Positions 13,129 to 28,400 of a DNA stretch of 64,000 bases are shown here, piece after piece. The DNA is taken from assembly GCF_009914755.1 (NCBI RefSeq), contig NC_060931.1, one strand, 5' to 3'. Position numbers and translations under genes: made by a program. The stretch is from the human T2T-CHM13v2.0 reference genome, Homo sapiens. The notes under the pieces were generated by a model that made no database searches, was not told where the DNA came from, and saw nothing but the letters and a program-made list of their open reading frames with translations. Numbering within the stretch: position 1 is the first letter of the stretch; every line of letters starts with the position of its first letter.

Positions 13129-13317
13129 GTGTATTCTTTTCATAATCAGTCCTGACTAAAAGTCAGCACTTAAGAGAAGAATTGCTTTTTCTAGGCAAGA
13201 TTTTTTTTTTTTTTTTGGTACAGATTTCTCTTATATGTTCCATGGTGGTTCAAACATCTTCCTTCCTTGGGGTCCTTGAAATTTTTACGGTCTTTGACAT
13301 CCCTGAGAATTTGCAGG

Positions 13318-13628
13318 TTGTGGGATTAGGGTGGGGAAAGGGGAGATGTTGGTCAAAGGGTAGAAAGTTTCAGTCAGGAGGAATATGTTTCAGGGACTAT
13401 AGTTAATAATAGCATGGTAACTATAGTTAATAATCATGTGTTGTATATTTCAAAATTCTCAAAAGAGTATATTTTAAATGTTTGCACCACAAAGAAATAA
13501 GTATGTGGTATGATGGATGTGTTCATTTGCTTGATTTAATCATTCCACAATGTATACATATAACAAAACATCACAGTGTATTCCATAAATATATATGGTT
13601 ATTATTAGTCAATTAAAAAATTTAAAAC
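13318..13628 (+). mobile_element. L1MA-type 3' end
   Basis: ggggagatgttggtcaaagggta..actatagttaataat..cattccacaatgtatacatat..caattaaaaaa. Confidence 0.85.
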
Positions 13629-14160
13629 AAAATTGTAGCTTACCTTTTTAATTAAAAATATTAAAATAGGCTTCCTCACTCTAAGACTTTCTTTACAACA
13701 ATTTGCTCATGAAAATGGCAATACTTTTACACTATCTTTTGGAAGGACACCTTATTTTTTGGTCTTCTGATCCTCCAGAGATGTATTTCTTTTTTCCTAA
13801 CAGCTATCAGCCTTTATGAAAAAATCCACAGAATCATCAGAGCAGTACATTGTTAGCTAATAACACTTCAGTTTCAATTAGGTGAAAGGGCCAGGTGCAA
13901 ATAACCATTTAATATCTTGACGTGCTGTCTAAGTCGCTTATAATGAATTTATTGAGAGGTTAATTTATTCAAAAATTAACACCTATTAAGTGTGTCCCCA
14001 GTTGCTCTTCCCCCTTTCTTGTGGTCAAAATATTCTGGCTAAGCTTTTTGATTTCCAACATTACAATGACTCTTGCCTTCTGCTGCTTTCCAACTACTTT
14101 CTCATTTTTTACAGCCTCTTTTGCAGCCATTTCCACTGTTTGCCTAGTATTATCATGACT

Positions 14161-15026
14161 CGTGCATTTGTCTGCCTCCTTGCTGGGTAGCTAGCCCCTA
14201 GAGGACAGACAATAGATCTTGCATATATTAAGTGCCAGATAAATGTTTTTTTAATTGAACTGCTTCTGAATTCGATGTTTCTGGACATCATCCACACTTA
14301 GCCAATATTTACTGAATATTAAGGGAAAATAGACTCTACCCACAGGAGTCTACTATCCTATCTAGGGACAGAGGTAAATATATATATATATGTTTATATA
14401 TGTATGCATGTGCATATATATACACACACACATACATACAGTGATGTGTCACTTAATGACAAGAATACATTCTGAGAAATGTGTTGTTAGGCAATTTCAT
14501 CATTGTGTGAATGTCATAGAGTGTACTTACGTAAATCTAGATGGTGGAGCCTACTACACACTTAGGTTTGTATGGTACAGCCTGTTGCTCCTAGGCTACA
14601 AACCTGTATAGCATGTTACTGTACAAATACTGTAGCCAATTGTAACATGTTGGTATTTGTGTGTTTAAGCATAGAAAACGTACAATACAAAATAAGATAT
14701 AATCTTATGGGACCACCATGATATGTGCAGTCTGTTGTTGACCAAAACTTTGTTCTGTGGTGTAAACTGTATATATCAACAAATAAAACAAAGATAAAGT
14801 GCCTTTTCACATATCCAACAAATATTTATTGAGCACCTTGGTGCTAAGTATTGGACTAGGTGCTGAGACTATGGTGAGAAGTTAGACAGAATTGGTCCCT
14901 CCTCTCGTGGACTTCATAGGAAACTCAAATCTTAAGCAATGATTATCCAGAAATTTAATAATTTGTCATTGTGAGAAGTGTTCTAAAAGAGAAGTGACAG
15001 AAGCTAGAGGGATGAATAATGAGAGC
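14161..15026. mobile_element. Composite block of L2 fragments (both orientations) with nested Tigger3a
   Basis: L2 3' motifs at about 14165-14260 (+), 14290-14380 (-) and 14805-15026 (-); flanked by a TCATGACT direct repeat. Confidence 0.65.
14439..14769 (+). mobile_element. Tigger3a/MER7A-like Tc-Mariner DNA element
   Basis: cagtgatgtgtcacttaatgac..ctgagaaatgtgttgttaggc..ggaccaccatgatatgtgcagtc..ctg, TA flanks. Confidence 0.85.
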
Positions 15027-15490
15027 TCATGACTTTGTTGGTAGCATCGCCTGTTGTAGTGGACACTGGGTGGACAATATGTAGATGTGACTTTGGCAAA
15101 TGACTCCTCTCCCATTGGAGGGAGATGGAGTCTTGGTGGGACGATCAATCAAGACACTCCATCTTCCCCTAGACAAAGAGATGTTACATGGCCCAAAGTA
15201 GGCAATAAAGTGCTTTTTCCTGGGAAGCTAATTCTTGAACTGAGTGATCCAAAGACTGAAAAGCCATGAGGCTGTGTCTAGCTGGTGTTCCCCTAGAAAA
15301 TGTCCACTGGTTTCTACCACCTTGACTCCTGGAAGAGTCTTGGTTACTATCTCTTCAGAGAAAACTAGATCTTTAGCTTTTTCCTTGAATTCTGTGATCC
15401 ATCCTAAACCCTTACCACAAATTCTTTTCTCTCTGTTTCTAGTTTTTGCTTTAGTAAGCCAGGGTAGTTTTGTGTTACTTGGAGCTGGAG

Positions 15491-15536
15491 AACCCCTGTA
15501 CTGGCAAACCCCTGTACTGGCGAACCCCTGTACTGG
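15491..15536. repeat. Three tandem copies of a 16-bp unit (aacccctgtactgg-NN)
   Basis: Copies start at 15491, 15507 and 15523. Confidence 0.95.
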
Positions 15537-15964
15537 TATGTTCATGACCTCCAGGCTTCACTTAGATAAGACATTTTTCTAAAACTGATATTTCAAGGCT
15601 AGAACAGAGAAGGCATCCCAGGTAGGGCAAACATCATGGACAAATATACAGAGTGAAAAGAGTTATGTCCAGCTATAATTACCTAAAGGGAAGTAAAGAA
15701 TTAGGGCTTCCTTATGGGAAAAGGGGTAGGACCAGGAAGAGTGTTAATGACAAATACTGAGATCTACCTTCTGAATGAGCAAAACTGGAAAAGCTAGAGC
15801 AAAACTAGATAGGCTCGAAATTCTGGAGCTGCCGCTCATTCCCCCTGCTTAGCCTGAGACACGGTGGGAGCACCTACCACCAGCTCTATGCTCCTCTGCT
15901 AATGTGTTATTTGAAGTACAGCTGATTCTTAAAGTGCAGGTGCTCTAGTTACAATTATAGGGTT

Positions 15965-16511
15965 GCTCCCATTATTTATTGCTGCACTAAAACCCACTCC
16001 AGAACACAGAGGTTTACATGATGACAACATTCATTTTGCTTACAAATCTTCAATTTTGGCAAGCCTGGTAGAGATAGTGCATTTCTGTCTGACTTAGTGT
16101 TAGCTGTGGCAGGTTTTGGGTGGAGGGCTAGAATCATTTGAAGTCTTGTTCTCACACGAGTCTTGTGATTGATCTGCCCGGTGGCTGGAACCTTAGCTGG
16201 GCTTGGTGGCCAGAGTAGCTGTATGTGTTTCCTCACAATGTACCTGGGATTCTTCACAATATGGTGGCTGGGTTCCCAGGGCAAGCATGGAGAGACAGGG
16301 GAGGGGGAAGGGAAGAGGCACTACATTGACTCTGGCTTTCATAAACTAGACTTTTCTAACCTAGCCTTGGAAGTCAACAGCATCATTTCCACCACTGTCT
16401 ACTTATTAGAGAGTCAAGTCATTAAGGCTGTTCCATATTTGAGAAGAGGGGAATTAAACTCTACTTTTGATAAGTGTCAACAAATTAATGGACAGGTTTT
16501 ATAATCACCAC
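15965..16511. mobile_element. MLT1-type (ERVL-MaLR) solo LTR
   Basis: ttattgctgcac..aacattcattttgct..atggtggctgggttcc..acctagccttggaagtca..ccacaa MaLR LTR motifs. Confidence 0.8.
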
Positions 16512-18139
16512 AAAAGTAATATTACTTCTACATATTTATTTCTTTTCTGTCTCATAAACTTAAAAGAAAGCACTTTGGAGACCGTGTCTTCTTATTAGTG
16601 AAGAGATATTTGAATGGATAAGATCTTGTTTGAAGCAGAGTTAAATGGGAGATAATGTCTGCAACATTTAGTGAGCATAGCTCAATGTCTTATAGATATG
16701 TGCATGTTTAGTTCTCCTGAAGGTTACCTTTTTTATCACTTTTATTTTCCTCACAGACATTAAGAGGTTTAGTTTAAATTTTGGAATCTGGGTTTTTACT
16801 CAATAAGCATATAAAACATGAAGTCTATCTTAGGGCATCAAGAGCAGAGGGCAGATGGAATCTAGAAGTCCACCATGTCACACTTATGATAGACCTTTGG
16901 TTATAGCAGATGAAAATAGATTTCCCAAACCTAACATATTAAGCTCAATACATTTCTCTTTGGTAATAACAGACAGAAATTTCTGTTATAATAAACCATT
17001 TCCAACTCTTTATGTCTACCACTAGACATTCTAAAAAAGGATAGGCTGAGAAAAACAAGTTGGTGTGTTTGAAGATATTTCATGTAATTGTTATTTATAA
17101 GAAGATCATCTAAGTCATAATTTTCTATAAATATTTTTAAATTAAATAAGTTCTATGTTTTAGAATTTTTTTTAACCTCAGGTTTTTTTTTTTTCCTGGT
17201 TTTATCTAAGAGACTCGCTCTTCAAGTGTCTTGAATTCTTGTAGAAGTTGATGCCACATTTCCCCATGTGTGATAATATCTATCAAGAAGTCTCAGCACA
17301 GGCAAGAATAAGTATTCTTGGTGCTTTAGATAGAAGGATATACAAATAATTTCTGGCTCTGTTGATTAAAGTGGGGGGTGGTGCAAAAGATCCCATTAAG
17401 ACTCAGAATTATCTGTAGTTATTCTAAGTATGGACGTGGTAAACTAAAATGTGCTTAATTGCTATGTGTTTTTCAAATAGTGGCCAGACGAAGAAGTTTT
17501 TATTAACAGAAAAAGTCATGAACTTAGTACTGAATTCTTTTCACTATTCTAAGAATTCTAGCCTGGAATCTTGTTTTCCTGAATCAATATCCTCCAGCCC
17601 TCCAGTACCCAGGGGATACATGGAAAGCCAAGATGGAACCTAGTTGGATGCCAGCCTTCACACACAGTACAGCCAGGGATGTTCCCAAGTGGGGAGGTGG
17701 GTAGGGTACCAGAACATGTTAAGCTCAGTGCTTGTAACCACTCTCTGTAGATCATGGTGTGTGGTGCAAAGATGCAATATGAAATGCCAGTCTGCAGAAC
17801 TTTTCACAAAAGCTCTTCCTTAAATCCCAATTGTAAGAATTTCATAATAAAATAGATATCCAAGTGCATCTACACACTCGGCTTTACTGTTTCCAGATGT
17901 TTATAGTGATGATGATAATGATTGCATAGACTAGCATTTTTGAAGTTTTGTCATTTACAGAAACTCCATGAGGCAGATATTTACCAGGATCTGGCTATTA
18001 GACCTAATACAGAGTTGATACCATTATGACCATTGTTGCTCTCTACTACTTGGAGACTTATGGTGGTTTCCTGTTGAACTCAGAATAAATTTCAAACACC
18101 CACAACATCCCCTCCATGTTCCAGATGATGTGTAATAAT

Positions 18140-19170
18140 CTACAACCTAATGCTATAACTGTGCTGTAATAATCTATAGTCATGCAGTAATAAAATGGGT
18201 TTGTAGTTTGCTTTTTTCATGTTTAGTTTGTTTTTATTGAAACTATAGTATTGGACATTTTTTCTATGCAGACATATTTTGTAGCAATAGCTTAAATGAT
18301 GTGAAGTATTTTGCTCATATGGGCATGCTATCATTTATTAAATTAAACTCCTATTATTGGACAGTTAGATTGTTTCCAATGTTTAAAATTGAACATTTTT
18401 GTAGATAAAACTATTTTTTCATCTTTAATCATTTTCTTAGAATAAATTAATAGAAGTAGAATTACTAAATCAGTAGGTGTTCACATTTTAAGGCCCTTCA
18501 GAAAGGATATGCAAATTTATACAACTATGAACAGTGTTTCAAGCCTGAACAGTATTTGAGACTGTCCGTTTTTTGATTCCTCACCAAATCTGATTTTTAT
18601 CAGTATTTTTGGTGTTGGAAAATTTGGTACAGGAGAAATAGTATTTCTTTTACTTTGCCTGTCTTTGATTACTAATTAGGCTTGAATGCTCTTTTTGTGA
18701 TTTTTGACCATTGGTAATTCTTCTGTGAATTGCCTATTTTTCACTTCTTTTGCTGGGAAATCCACCTTTTTTCTTTTTCTTTCTTTCTTTTTTTTTTTTT
18801 TTCTTTTTTTTCAAACAAGGCCTACTCTGTTGCCCAGGCTGGAGTGTAGTGTTGTGATCACAGCTCACTGCAGCCTTGACCTTCTGGGCCCAAGTAATTC
18901 TCACACCTTAGCTTCCCAAGTAGCTGGGACCACAGGCATGTGCCACTGTGCTTGGCTAATTTTTTAAATTTTTGTAGAGACAGAATCGCCCTGCATTGTC
19001 CAGGCTGGTCTCCAATTCCTGGGCTCAAATGATCCTCCCACCTAAGCCTCCCAAAGTATTGGAATTACAAGCATTAGCCACTGTGCCCACCTTCTTATTG
19101 TTTCATATGAGCTCTTCATATTAAAAAAGACACCAGTATTATTTTTTCCCATGTTTTTTCAACTTTTGTA
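18140..19170 (-). mobile_element. Old L1 (L1ME-like) fragment interrupted by an AluJ
   Basis: ctcctattattggacagttagattgtttccaa..agaagtagaattact..cttctgtgaattgcctattt. Confidence 0.65.
18767..19089 (-). mobile_element. AluJ
   Basis: Diverged dimer with J-type gatcacagctcactgcagccttgacc. Confidence 0.92.
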
Positions 19171-19297
19171 GACTGTTAGATAAGAGCAAATAAAACATAT
19201 TAACAAAAGTATGATGAGAAAAATATTTTCTTTTGAATTGGCTAGTTATCTAAAGACCAACAATTTGTTTATACGTGGCAGAATATTATAGTATTTT

Positions 19298-19790
19298 TGT
19301 AGTCAGGATTCTGGCAGGAAAGAGATGGCATACTTAAACTGGGTAAATGGAGGAAAGTTTAATAATGGTACTATTTACAAAATTTTCAGTAGAATGTAGG
19401 GTAACACAAGGGATAGTGGAACCACCCCCCGCCCCCTACAACACACAAGCATAAGTAATGCAGTGTCCTTATTGCCCTTGGGCCCTTGTCCTCTCTCTTT
19501 ACCTGAAAGGGACCAGGGAGAAGCAGACACCCAAACCCAGAAGGAGAGAGTCAGATGAAAAAGTTCACCTCTATTGTGGGATGCAGCCATCCCCAAGAAG
19601 ACTCCACCAGAAAAGAGACAAAGGAATAAATGTTCCAATTTTATTCTCTCTCCCCTTCCTTTGACAAAACCCAAGTGGAAACAGCAGAGCAAGAAAAGCC
19701 TTTGATAGAGTCCATAGAGATCAGCCTCCCAGAACACAGAGCAACGTGGAAAGGGTAGAGTGTAAATCTGTAGCAACAGATGGTTTCAAC
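19298..19790. mobile_element. Ancient LTR (ERVL/MaLR-like)
   Basis: tgtagtcaggattctggcaggaaagagatggca..gtttaataatggtactatttaca..atcagcctcccagaacacagagca. Confidence 0.6.
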
Positions 19791-20133
19791 ACAATGGGCT
19801 ATAACTGTGATTCTGAAATTGCTCTCAATTCTCCAGCCTGGACATTAAACTGTTATTTAACATGGGATCCTCATCTGTAAGATGAGGGCGACCATAGTAA
19901 CCGCCTCATCTGGTTATGCTGATAATCAAAAGAGTGAAGGGACTTGCATAGTCTTGGCATGGAGTGTCTAGATGCAGTTGTTGGGAGGAGGGAGTGTAAG
20001 GAAGTTGAAATGTTTCCCTTCAATTATTTTTTTTTTTGCTCTTTCCCTTTTTTTCTCTCCTTTGATGATCCCAATTTCTATCCTAGCCTGGGTGCTGGTT
20101 GAGATTTAACTAGGTACCAGCAGTGTAAATTAC

Positions 20134-20492
20134 CAGGGGTCAACCCTCTTTCTTTCCTTCGACCTCAGCTGGACTGCTCATGGCAATGGCTCCCACACAG
20201 CATCCAGACAGACCTGTGTCTCTCCCTAGGGGTCTACACCTCTGATCAGTGGCCCAGGGGAGGCTCTGGGGTACCCTGTGCCACATCCCCAGAAACTTGA
20301 TCATGTTCCCCCAGCCTAGGCTGGTTGTGTACACCCAGGGAATATTTCCTAGAGATATCTTCATTTGCCCAGAGAAATTATGAGATACAGTGAATGCATT
20401 CCCCAAGAGGAAGTTTTTTTTTGTTACTACACTAACCATATGAGATGAGTCTTTAGTATCTATCTACAGATTCTAGTTTTAATGTTCTCTTT
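20134..20492 (-). pseudogene. Candidate fossil exon
   Basis: Acceptor gattgttttatctag (20493-20494). Phase 1 is the frame of the 99-codon ORF 20140..20439, after three early stops. Donor CTG|GTAATT. Confidence 0.4.
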
Positions 20493-20780
20493 CTAGATAA
20501 AACAATCATTAACCAATGAAATAAATATGTGGAGAAGTTTGTGTATGGAGTATGCAATAACAAACAGATTTATATGCACTCTTGAGATGTTTTTAGGTTA
20601 TAATTTGCAACACAAAGTATATATTTTTATGAAACATTAGTAGAAGAATTTCCCAATCAAAACTAGAGGAAAAAGGTTAAGTATACAATTGTAAGCAAAC
20701 AACAATAACAACAACAAAAACTTATTGGGAGTCTTTAGTTGTCTGTAAATTGGGTGCCCCAATTTTGCTGTTAATTATTA

Positions 20781-21099
<319 letters not shown>

Positions 21100-21203
21100 T
21101 GAAGTAAGAATAATTCCATATACGATTATTACCATTTTAATACTCATATGAAAGCACCACAGTTGTATGTGCTGGGTATTAATCCAAGACACTGATGTCT
21201 CAC

Positions 21204-21328
21204 CTGAGTTGGTCTTTGGAAAGGAATAAATTCTGCCTGATGAGTGGTAGCATAATGTGACCCTGCATCCAATGAGGCATCCTTCCATTTGCTTGATGGA
21301 GATTTTAGCTTATTCTCTTAAGTTAGTC
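21204..21328 (-). pseudogene. Candidate fossil exon (5' boundary uncertain)
   Basis: Frame AKISIKQMEGCLIG..FPKTNSG ends exactly at a strong phase-1 donor CAG|GTGAGA (21204/21203). Confidence 0.35.
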
Positions 21329-21619
21329 CTGGTGTATGAGCTTATAATATTTTTATAGGATTGGTAAAAAGTATTGTTTAGTTTGATAGTATAATTTATA
21401 CTGTAATTTATTGGTGGAATAAATATTAGAGCTGTATGTCTGGTATACTCATTACACAGTGGAAAATGTAAATCGTATAGGTAGCATTACTGATGAAGTT
21501 ATATTGGCTTTAAATTTAGAGTGATATTTCTGATTTGAATCAATGATTCCAGAGCTCAGAGAGGCGTCTGGTAGATCGAAGTAGCTCTTGAAAAATTATG
21601 TATCTCTCTAATTCTACCA

Positions 21620-22891
<1,272 letters not shown>

Positions 22892-25800
22892 GTTGGATAT
22901 TATTAATTCTAAAAACAATTCTGGGAATGTCTGCTACTTTGGTTCCAACATATCAGTTTTAGGTTTGTGAGGCCCCACAAGGAGATGAAGTTTTACTAAT
23001 AATTTTTTGACCTCAGAAACATCATGAAGGCATTTAGGCAGGATTATCATGGTAGCATCTTAGCTCCAACACCAATTTCTTTTTTTTCTTGAGAGAAATT
23101 GTTTATGAATTATTCTTAGTATTTAGATTTCTGTGGATGGTAAAACGAAAGTGAAGAGTTTTACCTTTACTCAGATTAAGAAAAATATGACCTTTTAGTT
23201 ATATGACCAAAATATGACCAACCATTTTGGGTTTTGTTCTTTTTGCTGTTGTTGTTAATGGTTCTCTGCATAATTCATTCAACAAATATTAAAATAATGA
23301 ATTTTCATATTTTATAGCTGCATCATAATTGTAGATACTTAAATACATTAGATATAGGTACAGATAAAAAATAGATATAGAGATATAGGCAGACAGACAA
23401 AATGACATTGCATGGTCTTCAGAGTGAAGAGCGTTCAGTTTGGACAGTGGAGAACTATAGTACATTCAGATGACCCTTGGAAGATAAAGGGTTTTACAAT
23501 TATATCACGCAAGGACTGAACAATGAAACAGTCAACCTGCAGAAATGAACACTTAGAAAGCCATTGGAGGTATTTCCAATATCTGCAAATATTGGCAGAT
23601 TTTTTTTTTAATGTTGGAGAAAGACTGGACTTATTCTGGGTGGTTTCAGAGGGCTTACCAAACCCCAATGGGTGGAAGCTTTAGGGAATTGAATTTGTCA
23701 TGATGCAAGAAGAATTATAAAATAGCTAAAATCGTTCAAAATTAAATGTGGCCTGTTGAGAAGGTGGTGATTTCTTCATCGTTAGAAGTCCTTAGGCAGG
23801 GATGATAGTTGCTATAGATGGGATTCAGATGACCTCTGTTCTTACCCTTCCAGTTCTATAGTTCTGTAAGTACCTGACTTCTCACCTGTGTATTAAACCC
23901 AAAGCAGTAGCCAGCCCTTGTCAACGTGTCTGCACAGTTGAAAACTGGCTGAACATGTTGGTTCAGAAATTTAAGGACTGAAATTAGTCTTTTAAATATG
24001 ATACAGGTAACTTAAAAGTACTACTTTTAAGTGAGCGAATTCAGGTAAAATCTCATTGGAACAAATACCCTTACAAAGAAGTGCTCGCTATAACAAAATG
24101 TTTCTGTATACTGGAAATAGCACATAGCACAAAACTTTATGATCTATTAACAGTACGTAATATATTATTGCATGCTTATACTATTGGTACTATTGCTTGA
24201 TCACAGATACCCTGTTGTCCATTCTTTTTTCAATATGCTTATAACCAAAAATAAAGGCAGGGCAGAGAAGTAACATTCAAAACTGCTGTTTAAACTGAGT
24301 TGCCACTGGCAAGCTATTTCAGTTAATATCCACATGAAATTGCTTACAGCATAAGAATTGAGTGTTTTTTTTTTCTTCTACTTTTTAAAATACATCATCC
24401 CCTCTAGGGGCCAATTATAGCCCCCCAATCAGTGTTTTACTTGAGAAAGTTCATAGATCAAATGAATAAAAATGAAACTTGACTGGCACTCTGGAATATT
24501 AATTAGGCTTGGCTACGTAGCTATATAATAACTGTGTGCTGAAAGGATTTGTGTTGATTAGCAATGCTAATCAGATTTCTAAAGTTTCTGTTCCCCAGAG
24601 AAAAGATACTGCCATCTTAAGCTATTATGGATTAGATGTTTATATTTTAACCCCCTAATTAACTATTCTTGATTTTTATAAGACAGCTGAAAATTTTGAA
24701 TTTTAATTGCATTTTTACAAAAAAAAAATTATTTCCAGAGACCAGAAAACTCACACGAATATCTTGATTTTATCCTTGAGTCAGCTTAGAATATAAATTC
24801 CAAAGAAACACAGTATATAAAAAGAAACATGAGAAAAACTTTTGAAGTATATCATTGTCTTGAATTTAAATTCCAAAACTATGCTCAAGGAAGGGCCTCT
24901 TGGTACCCACTTTATGAGAATGTATCACCATTGCCTGCAAAAGTCCAGGAGAAAGTGCTCTGTTTTTTTCGTTCTGTTTTATTTTATTTTTTAAGCAACA
25001 GGAAAAGAAAAGAGAAATACTCTAAGTTAAATGAATGGATAAAATTTGCTAGAACCTTAAAACAACACTGTCAGACAATCTCATCCTGGGGTCCGGGTTA
25101 CTGGCTCAGAGGTTCATGGCTACAGTAATGGGACTACTACTTGGAGCAGCTCACCAAGGGAAAAACAAACTTCATGTTTTCTCCCCAAATCAAAATTAAA
25201 AGACAGAAGAATATGCAAGGAAATGACATAATCAAGGAATTAGAACATTCTCCCTCAAGTTACATAGACGAAACAGGAGCTAAAACAAACAGAGATAAAA
25301 TCAGGGCTTCTAAAGATCTGGCCAGCAACCTAGTCAACTCGAAACAATCTGGAAATTTGAAGAAGTCGTTGTGATATTATTACATCTCTCTTCTTAGGTT
25401 TGTTTCTTTTTATTGCAAATTGGCTGTTTAGGGACTGGGCCTCAGAAATAGTTTATCTTTAGTTTCTGCAAACCAGGAAAATGCCTCATTTCCACAAAAT
25501 CTACCCTGGACCAAAATAATTTGTGAACACATGGAGTTGCTTATAATGGAGATTCACGAGAGCACATTTGCTTCCAACATGGTGCATTGCTCTTGGTCAC
25601 AAGGGCTGATGGGAGGTGAGTAAGGGTGGAGAAAAGAGCAAAAAGACATGGCCATTATTTGGGGGAAAATTCAAGGAATACCCTTCTGGCTAGGTCCATA
25701 GCATACTTTTTTAATATTTAGAAGTCAGCAGAGTGTATCTCTTAAGAAATGGTTTAACTGAACGCTAATTTGGGGCCCAGCAGGATCCTAGGCTATACGG

Positions 25801-27401
25801 TTTATAAAAACAAACAAACCAACCATGAATCCATGCATGTACCTATAGGTAAACATCCTGAATATTGACATGGAATTGCTAGTACTGAGATTACACACAT
25901 ACAAATAAACATTACAAAGGAAGATAATGAGTGAATCCAAATTTCTTTGTCATTTTTATCATTGTTAACAGCCATGTGATGGTTATGGTAGTCATGATCA
26001 TCACTTTTCAACTGATAGTAAAAATCTTATCCATCTCACGGTAATTTAAATAAGAGGGAAGCTCATTCATCTCTTCTGCAGGGTTAGAGTGAGTATTTGA
26101 CTGTGGGAATTTAGCATTTACCCTTCATGGGTCAATGCATAGGTGAGTCTTAAAACCCCTTTAAGTGAAGATTATTTTAATAGGAACTTCCTCCAGCCCG
26201 CTGCTTTTCAAAGGCCCAAAGCAATATTCCATATTTCTTAGAAGAAAATAAGGTCACATGTGGGGAAAGTACTGATAAACAATATCATTCACATGGAAAT
26301 CACCACCTGAAGTTAATAAAAAGGTGATTTTTTTTTCTGGGTAAAAAAGAGATGAAACTGATTTTTGATGGTATTAAAGACCAGCAATTTTATTTTAAAA
26401 ATTGCCATTGGTCAGGTGCCAAATTACAGTTTTTATACCATAAAAATGAAGTTGTTAAACCTTGCATGAAAAGAAGAGTATCATCTTTTAATGTTTAATA
26501 ATATTTTTTGTATTGTGAGCGCTTTGCTGCTAATTGGAGAAATCATCACATGTATCTCAGCTGAAGGAGATTTTTAAATTTTATAAAAGATGCATAATAT
26601 TAGTTACTCACATACATATGTGAGTACACATGCAGACAGATAGGTGAGCACATAGACATGTGTGTGTTTGCATTATATAGGCCTATATTCCTTTGATTTA
26701 CATAGGTATAAATCATAGTGGTTTAGGGAGCTAAAATGCCTATTACTAGTTAAAATATATATAATTAGCAATTTATATTCTCAGTTGTGTAAAGACAAAA
26801 GTGATCTCCCCAATGTCAGGTGCGTGTGGAAAGCAAACCTTTGAGGGTTTTGGCTTTGCCTTTCATTCAGCAGATGAGAAATAGGAGATCCAGATGGATG
26901 CCCATGATCATACAGCCAGAGAAGAGAGCCAGGCCCAGCCAGGGTCTTCTGTCCTCATCTCTCTTCCAGTGATTGTGTGGAGAGATGTCAGAGATGGGAC
27001 ATGTAACCATATCTTTTTTCTTAACAAACTTCCATTTTTTTTCACTCTCCCATTAAATCTCAGCTTTCTTTAAAACCTTCAAAACTTATTTATTTATTTA
27101 TTTTAGGTACCTTCTATTTCCATTGCTTCCTACTCCTTCTCTGCTACTTCTTTTCTGGTACTTTGGGCTCCAAACAAGGTTGACTTCTCTCAGGAGTCCC
27201 TTCTTGCTGTCCTGCCACTGTTCCCTGGGCCCAGTAGAGCCTGCTGGTCTCCTTCACATGAAGTTCCTTATGGCTTTAAAGCCAGCCCAGGTCTTGCCTA
27301 CTACATAAAGACTTCTAGGATTACATGGAAATCTTAGAAGTGAGAACAGAAACTGTATTTACTGACATATTACTGAGAGCAAAGTCAAAGAAACCCCTAA
27401 C

Positions 27402-27626
27402 TTGGGCCAGTGTGTTGGTTTTGGGGAAAGATGAGAATTGATCAAGTCAAAGCTTCCGGAGCTCAGTATCAGGCCTGGTATGTTTGTTTTTTGGATGCCG
27501 CCATTTGAAACAGGTAGAAGAAGTAGAGCATTTGGCAAAAATTAAGTGAAATAAAATCTTTTTTTTTTAAAGACATGCTCTGTTTGTATAGTATACTTAT
27601 GTAGCTCTGGCAACAGCTTCTCTTTC
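27402..27626 (-). pseudogene. Candidate fossil exon
   Basis: Acceptor atttctgtaatccag (27627-27628), donor CAA|GTTAGG, 225 nt (3n). Phase-1 frame open about 51 codons; a second frame reads LLPVSNGGIQKTNIPGLILSSGSFDLINSHLSPKP. Confidence 0.3.
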
Positions 27627-27851
27627 CTGGATTACAGAAATATTTCTTTGATTATAGACTGAATTCAAATTTGAGTACTTTACTCTCATTTGCAGATTAT
27701 AAAGTAAGAGATTGTTCAGAGGTTAAGTAACTCATTCACTGTCCTACAGAGGATTTGGGCAAAACCTACTCAGCAGACTCGCCTCTCCATCTGGACATTA
27801 TCTTTTTATTCTCCTGCACTCAGGGCAAGCTCCAGTTAAAATTATGAAGCG

Positions 27852-28144
<293 letters not shown>

Positions 28145-28179
28145 TCATGAAGCAAGTTATCATTATCACTCATATAATT

Positions 28180-28400
28180 AACTAGTGTTTATTGAATGTT
28201 TACAAGGTGCCAGGTACTTTGCTAAGCATTTTTCATATGTAACCTCATTTAATCCCTTTGAAATAAATATTATCATTCCTGTTTTGTAGATAAGAAAATA
28301 AATAGGGAGGCTAACTGTTTAATATTATGCAGCCAATAAATGGAAGTGAGTTTTGAACTCAGGTCTCTCTGGCCCCCAAAGGCTTTCTCTTAACCACTAA
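28180..28400 (-). mobile_element. MIR SINE
   Basis: tttattgaatgtttacaaggtgccagg..ctcatttaatcc..ttttgtagataagaaaa..tgaactcaggtctctctggc. Confidence 0.75.

Noticed and set aside
15491-15536. Short direct repeats considered as a CRISPR-like array
   Set aside because: No spacers, only three units, eukaryotic context.
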